Of a stretch of DNA of 64,000 bases, positions 27,831 through 40,320 are shown one piece after another. Source of the stretch: Lama guanicoe (lineage: Eukaryota); NCBI GenBank assembly GCA_013239625.1, contig MU054117.1, positions 4,640,677-4,704,676 on the forward strand. Direction: 5' to 3'. A program made the translations under genes and the position numbers. The notes under the pieces are model-generated. The model was not told the DNA's origin. It did no database searches and saw only the letters and a program-made list of their open reading frames with translations. Within the stretch, counting starts at the first letter, position 1; each line of letters begins with the position of its first letter.

Positions 27831-28848
27831 TAGAAAACCATTCCATTTACAGTAGCATTAAAAAGAATAAAATATTTAGGAATAAATCTAATGAGGAAAG
27901 CGCAAGACTTGTACACTGAAAGCTACAAAACAATGTTGAAAGACATCAAGGAAGATCTAAATAAATGGAAAGATACTCTGTGTTCTTATGGATTGGAAAA
28001 CTTAGTAATTTTAAGATGACAATGCTCCCCAAGTTCATCTACAGATCTAATGCAATCCTTATCAAAATTCTAGCTACCTTGTTTTGCAGAAATAGGCAAG
28101 CTAATACCAAAATTCATATGGAAATGCAAGAGATACAGAATAGCCACAATTATCTTGAAGAAGAAGAACAAAGTTGGAGGACTCACACTTCCCGATTTCA
28201 AAACTTACTACAAAGCTATTGTAATCAAAACAGTGTGGTGCTGGCACAAAGACTGGCATGCAGATCAGTGGAATAAACTCAGGAGTCCAGAAATCAACTC
28301 ATACATCATGGTCAACTGATTTTTGACAAGGGTGCCAAGACCGTTCAATGTGAAAAGAATACTCTCTTCAACAAGTGGTGCTGGGGCAACGCATATCCAC
28401 AGGCAAAAGAATGAAGCTGGACCCTTATCTCAAGTCATATAAAAAAATTAACTCAAAACAGATCAAAGAAATAAAACCATAAAACTGTCAGAAACAGGTG
28501 TAAATCTGTGTGACCCTGGATTAGGCAATGATTTCTTAAATATGGTATCAAAATCACAAGCAGCAAAAGACAAAAATAGGTAAACTGGACTTTATCAAAA
28601 TTTAAAACATTTGTGTATTAAAGGACACTATCAAGAAAGTCAAAAACAACCCATTAAATGGAGAAAAACATTTGAAAATCATATATTTGATAAGAATCTA
28701 CTGTCCAGAATATATAAAGAATTCTTATAACTCAACAAAAGACAAGTAACCCAGTTTAGACATGGGGAAAGGATTTGAACAGACATTTCTCAAAGGAGAT
28801 ATACAAATATCCAGGAAGCACCTGCAAAGAGGCCTAGCATCATTAGTC

Positions 28849-28978
28849 TTTTTTTTTTTTTTTACAGGGGGAGGTATTTGGTTTATTTATTTATTTTTTA
28901 GAGGGGGTACTGGGGATTGAATCCAGGACCTCGTGCATGCTGAGCATGAGCTCTACCACTTGAGCTATGTGCTCCCCT
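28849..28978 (-). mobile_element. tRNA-derived SINE (Vic-1 type)
   Basis: SINE body on the minus strand; TSD TAGCATCAT(T/C)AGTC at 28835-28848 and 28979-28992. Confidence 0.9.
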
Positions 28979-30069
28979 TAGCATCATCAGTCTTAAGGAA
29001 ACAAATCAGAACCACGATTGAAATAGCACTTCATACCAACTAGGGTAGCTATAATTTTTTTTTAATGGAAATTGACATGTGTTGAAAAGCACATAGAGAA
29101 ACTGGAACATTTATGTACCACTGGTGGGAATGTAAAAATGCTTCAGTTGCTGTGGAAAACAGTTCATCAGTTCTTTAAGAAGTTAAAAATAGAGTTAATA
29201 TAGGACCCAGCAATTCCGATCATAGGTATACACCCAAGAGAATTCAAAACATATGTTTACATGAAACTTGTATGTGAATCTTGACAGCAGCACTATTTCT
29301 AACAGCCAAAAAGCGGAAACAACCCAAATGTCCATCAACTGATAAATGGATAAACAAAATGTGTTCTATCCATACAATGGAATACTATTCAGCCATAAAA
29401 AGAATGAAGTACCAAATCATGCTTAACATGGATAAACCTTGAAGCTATTACACTAAAGTGAAAGAAGTCAGACACAAATGACATACATGACTGCATTTAT
29501 ATGAAATGTTGAGAATAGGCAAATCCACAGAAACCAAAAATTGATTAGCGTTTGCCAGGAGATGGGGGAGGGGAGAAAGTGGGACTGACTGCTGGTGGGT
29601 ATGACGTTTCTTTTAGGGGAGGTGGGAATGTTCTGGAATTAGTGGTGCTATTTGCACAACATTGGGAAAAATCCTAAAATCCACTGGATTGTACATTATA
29701 AAATGGTTTAATTTTATCTCAATTTAAAAAGAGTCAACATGTGCCAAGTTGCCCTTCATTCTGAGCCAGAGGACAGTGTCCTCTTGGGGAGGCATCTTGT
29801 GCTGAAGGAGAGGGGCCTGGGGGTCTCCCAAGTCCCCCTGGCATCTTGCACATGAGGTAGGAGGTACCATCTCCATGCAGGCCTGATGTCTCTGGAGGTT
29901 TGTAGAGGAAGGGACAGGAGTGATCTCCCCTGCCACAGGGAGGCTTGTCTCAGTCCCTAGAGCAGATGCAAACATCAGACAGGACCCACAGGCAGAGGCC
30001 CTGCAGGCTGAGTCACGTAACAGGATTTCTGTAGGGAAGAGGCAAGACTTCAAAACACTGGTGCTGACA

Positions 30070-30640
30070 CAAAAATCAAAAGACATTAGTCACAAAGGAG
30101 GAAATAGAAATGGACAATGATCATGGAAAGATGCTGGGCTCGCTGGTAATCAGAGGAATGTAAACAGCAATGGGACAGCATTTCCCCCCAATTCAGTTGT
30201 CAGAAATGGTTTGCTACTATGAGAGGTTGGCAGGGTGTGAGGAGATGTGTGCTCTCGTTCCACGGCTGATGGGTGTGTGGCTTGGTAGGGCCACTGTGCA
30301 GGGCAACTTGACAGGGCAACTTGACAGTAGCTATTAAAGTGAAAAATGTGCACACCCTATGACTTAGCAATTCCAATGCCCAGAATTTACTCTAAAGAAA
30401 CACTCCCACGTGCACAGACAAGCATAAGATGTTTACGTGACACCACTTGTAATAGTGAAATGTTGGAAAAAACCTAAGTATTCCCAAAAAGCCGATGTAC
30501 ATCCATTTGCTATCAAAATTAGTAGTTCTACGGGTATAATGTAAAATGATCTCCAAGACATATCGTTGGATTTAAAAAGCAAAAGCAAATTTTAGACGGA
30601 TACGTACTATGTATCATTAACGAAAGAAACAAAGCAAACC
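30070..30640 (+). mobile_element. Old L1 (L1ME-type) 3' fragment
   Basis: ACCCTATGACTTAGCAATTCC and TTGTAATAGTGAAATGTTGGAAAAA motifs. Confidence 0.6.
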
Positions 30641-30951
30641 CGTAACGAAGGTACGCTAAGGCCTTGGAGCATTCTGCCTGGCAGGCTGGGGTGTGAGGCC
30701 AATTAGCCATCCTTTCCTTATCTGGAAAAAGATGGACTTTAAAAAGCAACACAAGAAGAATACGGAGCTGCCAGGCTTGGGCTGTTTCTTTTCCAAGAAA
30801 TCATTTTTAACAAGTGCCGAGAACCAATGCACGGTTTGTTCCATGGGCTTTATTTCCGGCTCTGTGTTAGAAGACTTACTGCAGGCTTGTGTATACATCC
30901 TTTAGTGAAGAGAGGTGACCTGTCATCCCTCCAAAAAAGAACCTGTTTACT

Positions 30952-31098
30952 GGAAGAAAGTCTAGCTCAGTGGTAGAGCGTGTGCTTAGTGTGCACACAG
31001 TCCTGGGTTCAATCCCCAGCACTTCCACTAAAATAAACAAATAAAACTAATTACCTCCCCCTCAAAAAAAAACCCCAAAAATTAAAAACAATTTTTTT
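30952..31098 (+). mobile_element. tRNA-derived SINE (Vic-1 type)
   Basis: TAGCTCAGTGGTAGAGCG...GGGTTCAATCCCCAG; TSD AAAAAAGAACCTGTT on both sides. Confidence 0.9.
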
Positions 31099-32550
31099 AA
31101 AAAAGAACCTGTTGATTAACACACAGTCTAACAAGAGGAAGGGAAATCCCCTTATTTTTGGCTATGAACGTTCCTAAAACAATAAGGCACATGCATAAAA
31201 TTTATTTGTTTTGTTTTTTTAAAGTTCTGCGAGAATACTGACTAATCTGAAACAGTGAGGCAGGGAGAGGACCAGGAGCAGGCCTGGGGGGCAGGAGACC
31301 GATCAAAGGGAATTTGAATCGTACCTATAATTGTTCAATTTTTTTTCCATTTTCACCTCTAACTTTTTAAATAAAAAAGGATGACATAATGTTGGAGAAA
31401 ACTATATTTAAAGATCATATTACTTTTACTTATGACAACATAAAATATTTTTGTTCTCACTTAAACATTAATATATAACAAAACATTATACAATGTACCA
31501 ATATTTTGTAATAATATATTTAGTAAGAGCAATGTGATTTAATGCGTTTCTTTAGTTTTAAAATCTTGCTCCAATACTTTATATATAGTGACTAGGAGCT
31601 CTGGGTCAAAGTTCAAATATTTGGTTTTCATGCTTGACCTGGATGAAAAAAGGTGCTCTGGGTCAAACTGTTTCAGATGTGTCTTCTAATTTCGAATCAG
31701 GCGTCCAGGTCAAGGGCATGCCTCTTCAAAGTGGTTTTGCAGTTGATTTTATCAGATGTTTTATTTATATATATATATGTGAATATAGAAATATATACAC
31801 ATTTTATATTTTTAAAATTTTGTATTGTGAACTACACCAAACATACAAAATAGTGCAGAGAAATAACAATATGAAAACCCGTGCGAAGATCAGAACATTA
31901 GCAGAAACTCAGAAGCGTCCTGATCATACATCCCCTTCCTCCCCCTGCAGGGGAACCAGCTCAGGGCCCGGGGTAGGGGGTGTCTCTCACTCCCTTACTT
32001 TTCTTTCTAGTTCTACCACCTTTGTGTGTATCCCTGAACAAGCTGCGTGTTTTCCTATTTCATCTACATGAACTCTCACTCATGCATTTTCTGTGGCTTG
32101 CGTCCCCACTCCGTATTGCTCAATATTATGATTTTTATTTATTGGTTTGCTTGTTTTTTTGCAGTAAAATATACATAACATAAAATGGACCATTTAATCC
32201 ATTTTTAAGCATACAATTCACTGGCATTAAGTAATACATTCATACTGTTGTGCAAGATCATGTGTTTAAGACTCAGCCATTCAATAAAAATATATTTTAA
32301 AAAAAGACTCAGCCATATTATCCATGCGTACATGGCTGCACGCAGGTCATTCATCTTTTTTCCTTTAAAGCAATACACTGGGTGAATACTCTGTTAGGTG
32401 AATCTACTATCATTTATTAGTCCGTCTACCATTTATGGACCTATGGGTTCTTTTTTTTCTTTTCCTTTCTTTTCTTTTGCTATTACAAATAGTCTGGCTT
32501 AAACATTCTTGCCTTCATCTCCTGGGGCACATGTGAAAGAATGCTCTCTC

Positions 32551-32700
32551 TTTTTTTTAATTTATTTTATTTTTAAAAAATTGTTGAGGGAGATAATTAG
32601 GTTTCCTTATTTATTTATTTTTAGAGGGGATACTGGGGATTGAACCCAGGACCTTATGTATGCTAAGCATGCGCTCTACCACTTGAGTTATCCTCTCCCT
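32551..32700 (-). mobile_element. tRNA-derived SINE (Vic-1 type) within an antisense L1 remnant
   Basis: Minus-strand SINE body; imperfect TSD CATGTG(A/C)AAGAAT. Confidence 0.85.
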
Positions 32701-34158
32701 GCATGTGCAAGAATTCTTAGTGCATATGATTTCTGGTGGAATTGATGGATTTTACTGGTTTAATTTTCTATAAAGAGATGCTATGAACATACTACTTGTA
32801 TAATTAAATTTCCATTTAGAAAAAGAAAAGCAAAGAAAGAAACTGGGATGTTTTCATAGAGCGCATGGGCAGGGCACAGTCTCTGAAAAGTACAACAGCC
32901 GAGGCATGTCCGCAGGCTGAAGGGTCTGTCCAGTGTGAATTCAGTTCAGCACCTGTCCTGAGCATCCAGCTCTGTCAGTGCTCCAGGCGCTAGTGGGCTG
33001 GGTTGCAGGAGGCCTGGGTGCCCTCCCAACTCTGCCACAAAGAACAAGTCATCTCGCCTCCTGGGCCCATGGTTCTGACATCTGTAAAACGAGGGGGTGG
33101 ACCCACAGGATCAGAAAACTTCCTTCCAGCCCTTCTAGTTTAGGATTCTAAGCAGAATCAGAGTAGGGAGGCAGGGTAGTTCTATCTAGAAGCCAGAAGG
33201 AGACGGATTGGAACCTAGGTAGGGAAGAACTCTGCCACCCCAGGATTCAAAAAAGGACAAAAGACAAATATTGGGCCCAGCCCTCGTCCGCCAGTAGAAG
33301 CCATGTGGTGGTAAATGTTTAGTAGTGCCCCTCTGGGGTAGGGAACCCTTGAACTGTAGCATTTTCTGATTTATGTGGTTGTAAATACTCCCACAGGGCA
33401 GAAACCAGCTGTTCATCTTTTTCATCGTTGTGTCCCATTACTTAGCTGGTACCTGGACATGCAACAAATAGTTGTTAAATGATGAGGAGTGGCGCTTACC
33501 AGGCCAGTATGGCCTTGGGCCCCCGAAACGTCGATTTTATAATTATGGATAGAACTGCCAGGGAACTAAGCTGAGGCTGGGCCATCTAGTATGCAGTGGA
33601 TGCCTTATGTGCTAGGAGACACTGGGAGCTGGGGCGGAGATACTGAAAAGTGGTCTAAGGTCGAAAGAAATGCCCAGAGGTGCTCAGACTCCATGTCCCC
33701 CATGGGCAAATTACAGAACTGGGATATGAGCACCCAGACCCTTAATAACTAGCTCACCCCACTGCCCTGCCCAGTTGGTCTCTCAAAGCCTTGCTGGAAA
33801 GGAGGGTCTAAAGTGTTGGGAGCCTGGGGGGACTGGAGGAAGAAGGATGGAGTGGAAGACAAAGAGGGCTAGAAAAACTAAGAATTTGATAAGGCTGGGG
33901 AATGTGATTTCTAATGTCTATGTAATAGAACAGAACTTCCTTCTAAGGAAAGATCTTGGAGAGAGCTTAGTTCTACTGAGGACTTGGTTATAGATTTTAA
34001 AAGGGCCAAGACTGATTTGGGGATTAGGGGCTGAAGAGAGGGAGTATCTGTCTGACAGGTTTCTGAAAGGTGGTTTGTGGCAGAAGGAGGGAGGAGGACA
34101 AGGACGCTCAGTGCTCCAACTGCTTCGTGGGAAGGACCACTAAGAATCAGAATACCCA

Positions 34159-34290
34159 GAGGGAGGGTACAGCTCAGTGGTACAGCACACACTTAGCATG
34201 CACAAGGTGCTGGGTTCAATCCCCAGAACCTCCATTAGTTAAAAAATAATAAATAAATACAAACCTATTTACCTCTGCTCCCCTCCAAAA
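34159..34290 (+). mobile_element. tRNA-derived SINE (Vic-1 type)
   Basis: GGGAGGGTACAGCTCAGTGGTA...; TSD AAGAATCAGAATA(C/T)CCA at 34142-34158 and 34291-34307. Confidence 0.9.
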
Positions 34291-36788
34291 AAGAATCAGA
34301 ATATCCAAAACACAATTCTAACATATCCTTATGAGATCTAAAGCTTCAGTAAAGGTTCTGCCACACCTGACAACCTTCTGGTTTGGAGGAAAATTCAAGA
34401 AAGCCCTGTGTCCAGGGCAGAGGTACGGGAATACCCAAGAGCAGAGAGGCAGGAGCAAGACTGCAGCTGAAAGAGGAATCAGAAGCAGAGGCCACCATAA
34501 CACCCGAGCCACTGGAATCCGGGCAGGTCCCCAGTGCCGCCTCTTCCCACACTGCCCGGGGCATGCCTGGACTGGAAGGTGTGGGATGTCTTGGGTAGGT
34601 ATCAAGGGGCAGGGGGACCCCAGCTGACATCCAGGCTGCTGTCCTTGCTCCAGATTACTCTCTCAAAAGTAATGAAAGTCATCAGAGGTTAAGGGCTTCT
34701 GTGAGCCTGCCTCCAAGGATGCAAGAAAGGGAGGGAGCCATTGAGAAGGGACCGTGTATCTCTGTGCCAGCCAGTCGTGGGGAGAATCTGAACCTTAAAA
34801 GAGAAAGTGGTGGTGAAGGATTTCGAGAGAGCGGTCAGCAGGCTGCACCCATGGGGCCTGTAGAGAAGAGGAAGAGCTTTGCGGGGAGCCAGCCCAGGAC
34901 AGGCCAAGCTTCACCAGAAGTTGATGCAAACAGCACAGAAGGCAGATGAAGTCATTCCATTTGTCCAGAGAAAAGTCAGGGCCAGAGACCTGACAGTACT
35001 CTAGGAGAGCCAGGCAGACCCTGCTCCTGCTCTCCCCACCGCCCCCTGGCCTGGCCAGAGCAGTGATGAGTAGAGAAGGGGGTGGGGCTTGGCCCAGAGA
35101 ACAGAGGCCTCACGTGGGGGATCACAGACTGTTAGACCTCAGCATCCTCAATTCCCCCTTCGGCAAGTTTCTCCCCAAAGATCCCCAACTCCTCATCATT
35201 ATTCCAGGGTCTCATCCATCCCCGCAGAGCCCCACCTCTCCATGCCTGCCTTGAAGCTAAAGACTAACAGTGGAGATATTGACCATAATCTGGGAAAGGG
35301 GTCAGGAGTGCTGGTGACAGCAACACCCTCAGATCCCACCAGGAACACTCTAAGGAGGGAGTTCAGGCACCTGGCGGATGTCGCAGAAAAGGATGGTTTT
35401 GCACAAGTAACTCTTCAGATCACACCCTTGTGCGGCTTCCCACTCGAGACGACCCTCCTGCAGAGAGGAGAGGAGGTTGGGGAAAGGCAGGAGGATGGAA
35501 AAAGTGAAGAGAAAGGAAACCAAAGAGTGAGATAGAGAACAGATCTAACAGATGAGCACACAGGGGTGAGAGATTTTATGAGCAGTGTGGAAACAGCAGC
35601 AAAGCCCCTGAATCAGAAATGGTCCGGAGAGACAAGCCAGTCTTTGGGGAAAGAGGAGCAGAGGGCCATATGACCCATGTGTTCCTGGGACTCAAAGAGG
35701 GGAAAGTCAATTGCCAACATCCCAGAATCTGTCTTCCCAGGAGAACCGCAGAAATAGGGAAGCAGTGACCCATAGGATCGACCTTTAATCCCAAGTGCCC
35801 AAGGCGGGAGAGGAGATGGCCCCCAGTGGCCAACACTGCTGGGGGTGGGAAGGGAGGATGCAGGTGGCAGTAGGGCGAAGGAGGCCAGTTGGGAGGGGGT
35901 GACCCCGTATCACAGGCTGGCAGGAAGGCTAAGTGATCGTGTGTGAACTCCGGGCCTTGGTCTGACAGAGAAGGACACAGGTTTAAGTCCCTTGTTTGCA
36001 ATTCTGAACAAGCCCATAGCAAACTATTTTGGCCATAAAACCAGACGTCAGCGAATGCCAGGCTGGTTCTAGTTATTACTCTCTCCGCTAAAATATTCAG
36101 TAGTTTTGCTGCCTGGCGCTGAGTGCCGCCCCAGCCCTGTGAGGGTGCCTTGTGGTGCTAGTTTCTTCCCCCAAATCTGAACAATTCTGAATTTATCTGA
36201 TGCCAAGAGCTTCAGATAAAAACATGCAGGCCTGTCCTCAGTTCTGGTTCCCCTTTCTTCTCTAAACTGCCCACTTCTGTGTAAGAAGTGATGTGGGGAG
36301 AGCAGTGGGGACACGCAGGTCAGCCCGCCGGCTGTGAACGGCGGTAACGCGGGCATCGCTGTGTACAGATGCGTGAACAGGAGAGGCGGGTGTCTGTGCA
36401 CAACCAACATTTTGTAAAGGCGGTATGCATAGACGGGTTAAAGTCTTCACGAGCGGAAGAGAGACAGAGACCACAGCTGGCGTGTTGGGGGCGTCTTTGA
36501 AGAGCAGCTTGTCTCTGACAGTCTGCCCTTTAACACTCTCCCAGCATCCAGCGCACGGAAAAGGGGGAGGGGAGGGGTGGCTGCCTGAGCGCAAAACAGT
36601 CACAGTAGAGCTTCAACTGCATCGAAGGTCAGCCTGCCACCCGACGGGGCAGGGGGCCACCCCGAGGAGAGAAGACCTTCCCGGGAGGTGCAGAGAAGCG
36701 GCACCGGCGCCCAGCGGGGGAGGTGCCAGCTCCGCCAAGGCCCGCGGTCAGCACCCGGGGCGCAGGAAGAGCTGCCAGGGCAGGAGCC

Positions 36789-36924
36789 ATGGCCCTGCCA
36801 CCTGTCTGCTGGCTGTGGGTTCTGGGGACCCTGGCAGGGCTCTCAGCTACCCCAGCCCCCAACAGCTGTCCAGAGAAGCACTACCGGGCTCCCAAAGAAC
36901 TGTGCTGCCAGATGTGTGAGCCAG
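36789..36924 (+). CDS. CD27: CD27 coding exon 1
   Basis: GCCATGG Kozak; [45 protein letters not shown]; donor CAG|GTAGGA. Confidence 0.96.
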
Positions 36925-39900
36925 GTAGGAGCAGGCCTTGCCAGGGGCCAGCTGCGTATGCAGGGAGAGGACCAGGCTAGGCGGGAAGTGGAGCAGAGAG
37001 GACTCCTGCAGAGGCCAGGAGGCAGCCCCTTGCATGGGGGGGGAGTGGCCTTCACTGGGCCTTGACCCTCGACCTCTGCTCACAGGAATGTTCCTGGTGA
37101 AGCACTGCGACCAGGAAGGGAAGGCTGCTCAGTGTGGTCGCTGTACACCAGGGGTCTCCTTCTCGCCAGACCATCACACCCGGCCCCACTGTGAGAGCTG
37201 CCGGCACTGCAACTCTGGTGAGATGGGCGAGCGTCTGGGGGCGCAAGGTGGGGATTGGGGTGTGGAGAAGCAAAGAGGAGGGGGAGGTGGAGCCCTGGTG
37301 GCTTCAAGGCTCTGGCAAATGGAGCCCATGGTGGGAAATGGGGCGCCCTGGGCAGGGCGTGTGGATGTGATGGGGAGAGCTGGGGTGAAGTGTCTCAGGG
37401 AAGGGGCCAGGCAGAGTTTGAGGGACTGCTGAGAGGGGGTCTATGGCTAGGTTCAAGGCAATGCAAGGGAGGAAGTCGCCCCAGGACCTTAGATTTCAGC
37501 CCACTGATGAACTGGCTGTATTCGCGGACTGCATGCTTGTCTGGAACTTGGCGCACATCTCTCTAGGGACCTAACAATACCAGCAGTGGATAACAGCCCT
37601 TTTCGCCCAAAAGCCAATTTAGGAAAATGAATGTGTATGTCGCTTGTGTTTTTATCTATTCTGTAATTTCATCTTTTTAAAAATTAGGACATGAACTGTC
37701 TGCGGCTGTGTTATGAATACTTTCATTATTTCTCCATTTTAGCCAGAATTTCAGAAACTATGTATGTACCAGCGTACCTAGGTTGGCAGATTTAAAGTGG
37801 CCCCCTGGAACAGGTGTTCCTGGGACAGGAACTTTTGAGGACTGTTTAGCTGAACTGTGACCCTACTTGCCTGCAAGTGCCCTGGGTCTGACTAGGCCTT
37901 TTAATACTGGCCCACATCCGGGTGCTGCCGCCTTGCCCAGAATCACCCCTTCTGAACCACGAGGATGGGTGAGCCCTGCCCTCGCAGTGCCCCTCACGTC
38001 CACCTCCACCACGATGCCTGGTTGGCAGCCACCTAGCACCTGATCTCGACACACGAATAAAATTTAGATTTCAAAGGCAAAGGATGTCAGTAATCAACTT
38101 TACTCTCTAGTAAAGTTAAAACCCTGTCGGGGACCACAGCAGCACTACTCCTAATTGCTAACAGCCGGAAACTACCCAAGTGCACAGAACAGTAGAAGGG
38201 GCGAATGAACTGTGGTATATTCACACGATGGAATACTACACAGCAGTGAGAATGACTGACAATCACACCCAGCAACATGGATTAATCTCACAAAGGGTTG
38301 AGCAAAAGCAGCCGGGCACAAATGAGTTCATACACATGATTCCCTGTAGGTGGTTCCAAAATTGGCAAAAGCAGCTCATGGTGTTAGGCTAGTGGCTATT
38401 CTTGGCGGCGAGGGCGTTAGTGACTAGAAAGGAACACTACCGGCCACCTTGTTTCTTGATCTGGTGCTGGTTACACCCGTGAGTCCCATTTGTCCCAGTT
38501 CTCAAGCTTTTACACTCGTGACATGTGTACTTCAGTAAGGAGCTATAAAAGCATCAGTGAGTAAGAGAGAAAAATCAGATAAGCTGTTTCTACTTCTGAA
38601 CCACAAATTTTCTAAAAGGTCCAACTTTATCTTGAATGACAATAACACAAATGGCAAAGGCACTGGTGGCAGTGAAAGAGAGGCAGGTCTGGGTGGGGGT
38701 GGGGAGGCGGGATTGGGAGGACAGCCCATCCCTGGAGGTGGGCCTGGGACACAGCTGGGGAGAGGAGTAACCTTGTGTGCTCCCCCCGCCCCCTCTGTCT
38801 CCAGGTCTTCTCATTCGAAACTGCACCCTCACCTCCAATACTGAGTGTGCCTGCCCTGAGGGCTGGCAGTGCAGGGACAAGGAGTGTACAGAGTGTGACC
38901 GTCCACCCCAGGCCCCAGGCCCACACCTACAACCCTTCCAGTCACCTGACGCTGAAGGTAAGTTCCAGATAACCCTTTGTCTGGTCATTTGGGGTAAGGG
39001 TCACACCCCAACTAGCGCACCCTCCCCTTCCATGCCCAGCCCATTCAGCCTGTCTCTGCCTTCCCATCTCATCTAGGGCCTCTCAGGCCTTCAGCCTGGC
39101 CTTGTGTCCTCTGGGGCCCCGGCTGCTGCTCATCTTGTTTCTGTTTTTCCAGAGATGCCAGAGGCCAGGACAGCCAGGCACACACGGACCCTGGCTGGCT
39201 CCATGCTGCAGCCTGCCCCTACCCTTTCGACCCACTGGCCACCCCAGGAGAGAATGCACACAGAAGAGTCCATGAGGGAAGCCAGTCAGAAGGGTCCTGG
39301 GAGCAGGGGTAAGAAGAGGGAGAAGCAGAGTCCAGGGATTAGGAAAGGACTTGGGCCAACGCTGGGGGTGGGAGAGGCAGGTGGGGGATAGAAGAGAGGC
39401 AGGGGTGACAGGAGGGCTGGGATGAGGGGAGTCAAGGGCTCGGCCCTCCCCAAAACCCCCTGTGGCCCCTGCCCATCACAGCCCAAAAGTCCCTGTGCAG
39501 CTCGGAATGCATCCGCATCTTTGTGATCCTCTCTGGAATGTTCCTTGCTTTCACCATAGTCGGAGCCCTGTTCCTCCATCAACAAAGAAAATACGGATTA
39601 AGTAAGAGACAAAATATAGGTCTCCAGGCCTGTTCCTGCACCCCACCCCTCCCCACCACCTGGGCCCTGCCACCCGACCTGGAAGCTCATCGAACTTCTC
39701 CAGCTCCACCTTTTCCACCCTATTCCCTCCCTTCCTCTCTTCTCAGCTGGGCCCTCCTGACAGCCCTCCCCCAAGCTACCTGCCTTTGGTCACCCTGTCT
39801 CCCGTCTCCCTTCGCCCCTTCCCCACCACCGGCCAAGCCTCATCTCATTCTCCCTCTGCAGACGCAGGAGAAAGTCCAGCGGCGCCTGCAGAGCCTTGTC

Positions 39901-39986
39901 CATACAGCTGCCCCAGGGAGGAAGAGGGCGGCGCCATCCCCATTCAGGAGGATTACCGAAAACCTGAGCCACCTTGCTACCTCTGA
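36789..39986 (+). CDS. CD27: CD27 antigen (TNFRSF7), spliced CDS: 36789-36924, 37086-37217, 38805-38957, 39153-39308 (predicted extended exon 4), 39482-39601, 39862-39986; 273 aa as modelled
   Basis: Signal peptide, TNFR cysteine-rich domains ([47 protein letters not shown]), TM segment and TRAF-binding tail [15 protein letters not shown]; all introns GT-AG and phase 1. Confidence 0.97.
37086..37217 (+). CDS. CD27: CD27 coding exon 2
   Basis: Acceptor CACAG|; [44 protein letters not shown]; donor CTG|GTGAGA. Confidence 0.96.
38120..38560 (+). mobile_element. L1 3' fragment in CD27 intron 2
   Basis: Peptide [15 protein letters not shown] is an L1 ORF2 C-terminal remnant. Confidence 0.7.
38805..38957 (+). 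CDS. CD27: CD27 coding exon 3
   Basis: Acceptor CTCCAG|; [51 protein letters not shown]; donor AAG|GTAAGT. Confidence 0.96.
39153..39308 (+). CDS. CD27: CD27 coding exon 4 (homologous part 39153-39242; 3' end predicted at the downstream donor)
   Basis: Acceptor TTTCCAG|; [30 protein letters not shown]; no GT after 39242; in-frame donor GGG|GTAAGA at 39308/39309. Confidence 0.75.
39482..39601 (+). CDS. CD27: CD27 coding exon 5 (transmembrane)
   Basis: Acceptor CACAG|; [39 protein letters not shown]; donor TAA|GTAAGA. Confidence 0.96.
39862..39986 (+). CDS. CD27: CD27 coding exon 6 (cytoplasmic tail)
   Basis: Acceptor CTGCAG|; [41 protein letters not shown]. Confidence 0.96.
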
Positions 39987-40314
39987 GCCGGTGCCTGCAA
40001 TCAAGTCCTAGCCTCCATCCCACCCCACCGGCCATCCAGGGGGGTAGAGAGCTGGCACCCCCAACTTCAGCACCATCCTCTCATCAGGACCCCTTCCTGT
40101 GTACAGACGGGAGACTATCCTGTGTGCCTTTTCGAGACTGGCAGTGGCGAGGACAAAAGGGAATGAGGTGGAGGGCGGGAAGCAGGAGCCGGGTGTGTCC
40201 TCGCCCAGCCAGCTTCACCCCTTTGCTGCAAGAGGGCTGGGGCTCCAGGTTAGAAAGCACACTTCTGCCCACGAACGGCCCACGCACTATACCGCTGATC
40301 TGGAAACCTGGCGA

Positions 40315-40320
40315 AATAAA
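40315..40320 (+). terminator. CD27: CD27 polyadenylation signal AATAAA
   Basis: First AATAAA after the stop codon, ~330 nt downstream. Confidence 0.8.

Larger units (their letters stand above)
27665..29730 (+). mobile_element. L1 ORF2 3' half and 3' UTR (5'-truncated), containing two SINEs
   Basis: Peptide [27 protein letters not shown] is L1 ORF2; L1M-type 3' UTR. Confidence 0.85.

Noticed and set aside
39494..39511. Second juxtamembrane cysteine in CD27 (SLCSSECIR; human has Phe)
   Set aside because: As I recall, mouse also has Cys at this position, so it is probably ancestral rather than novel.
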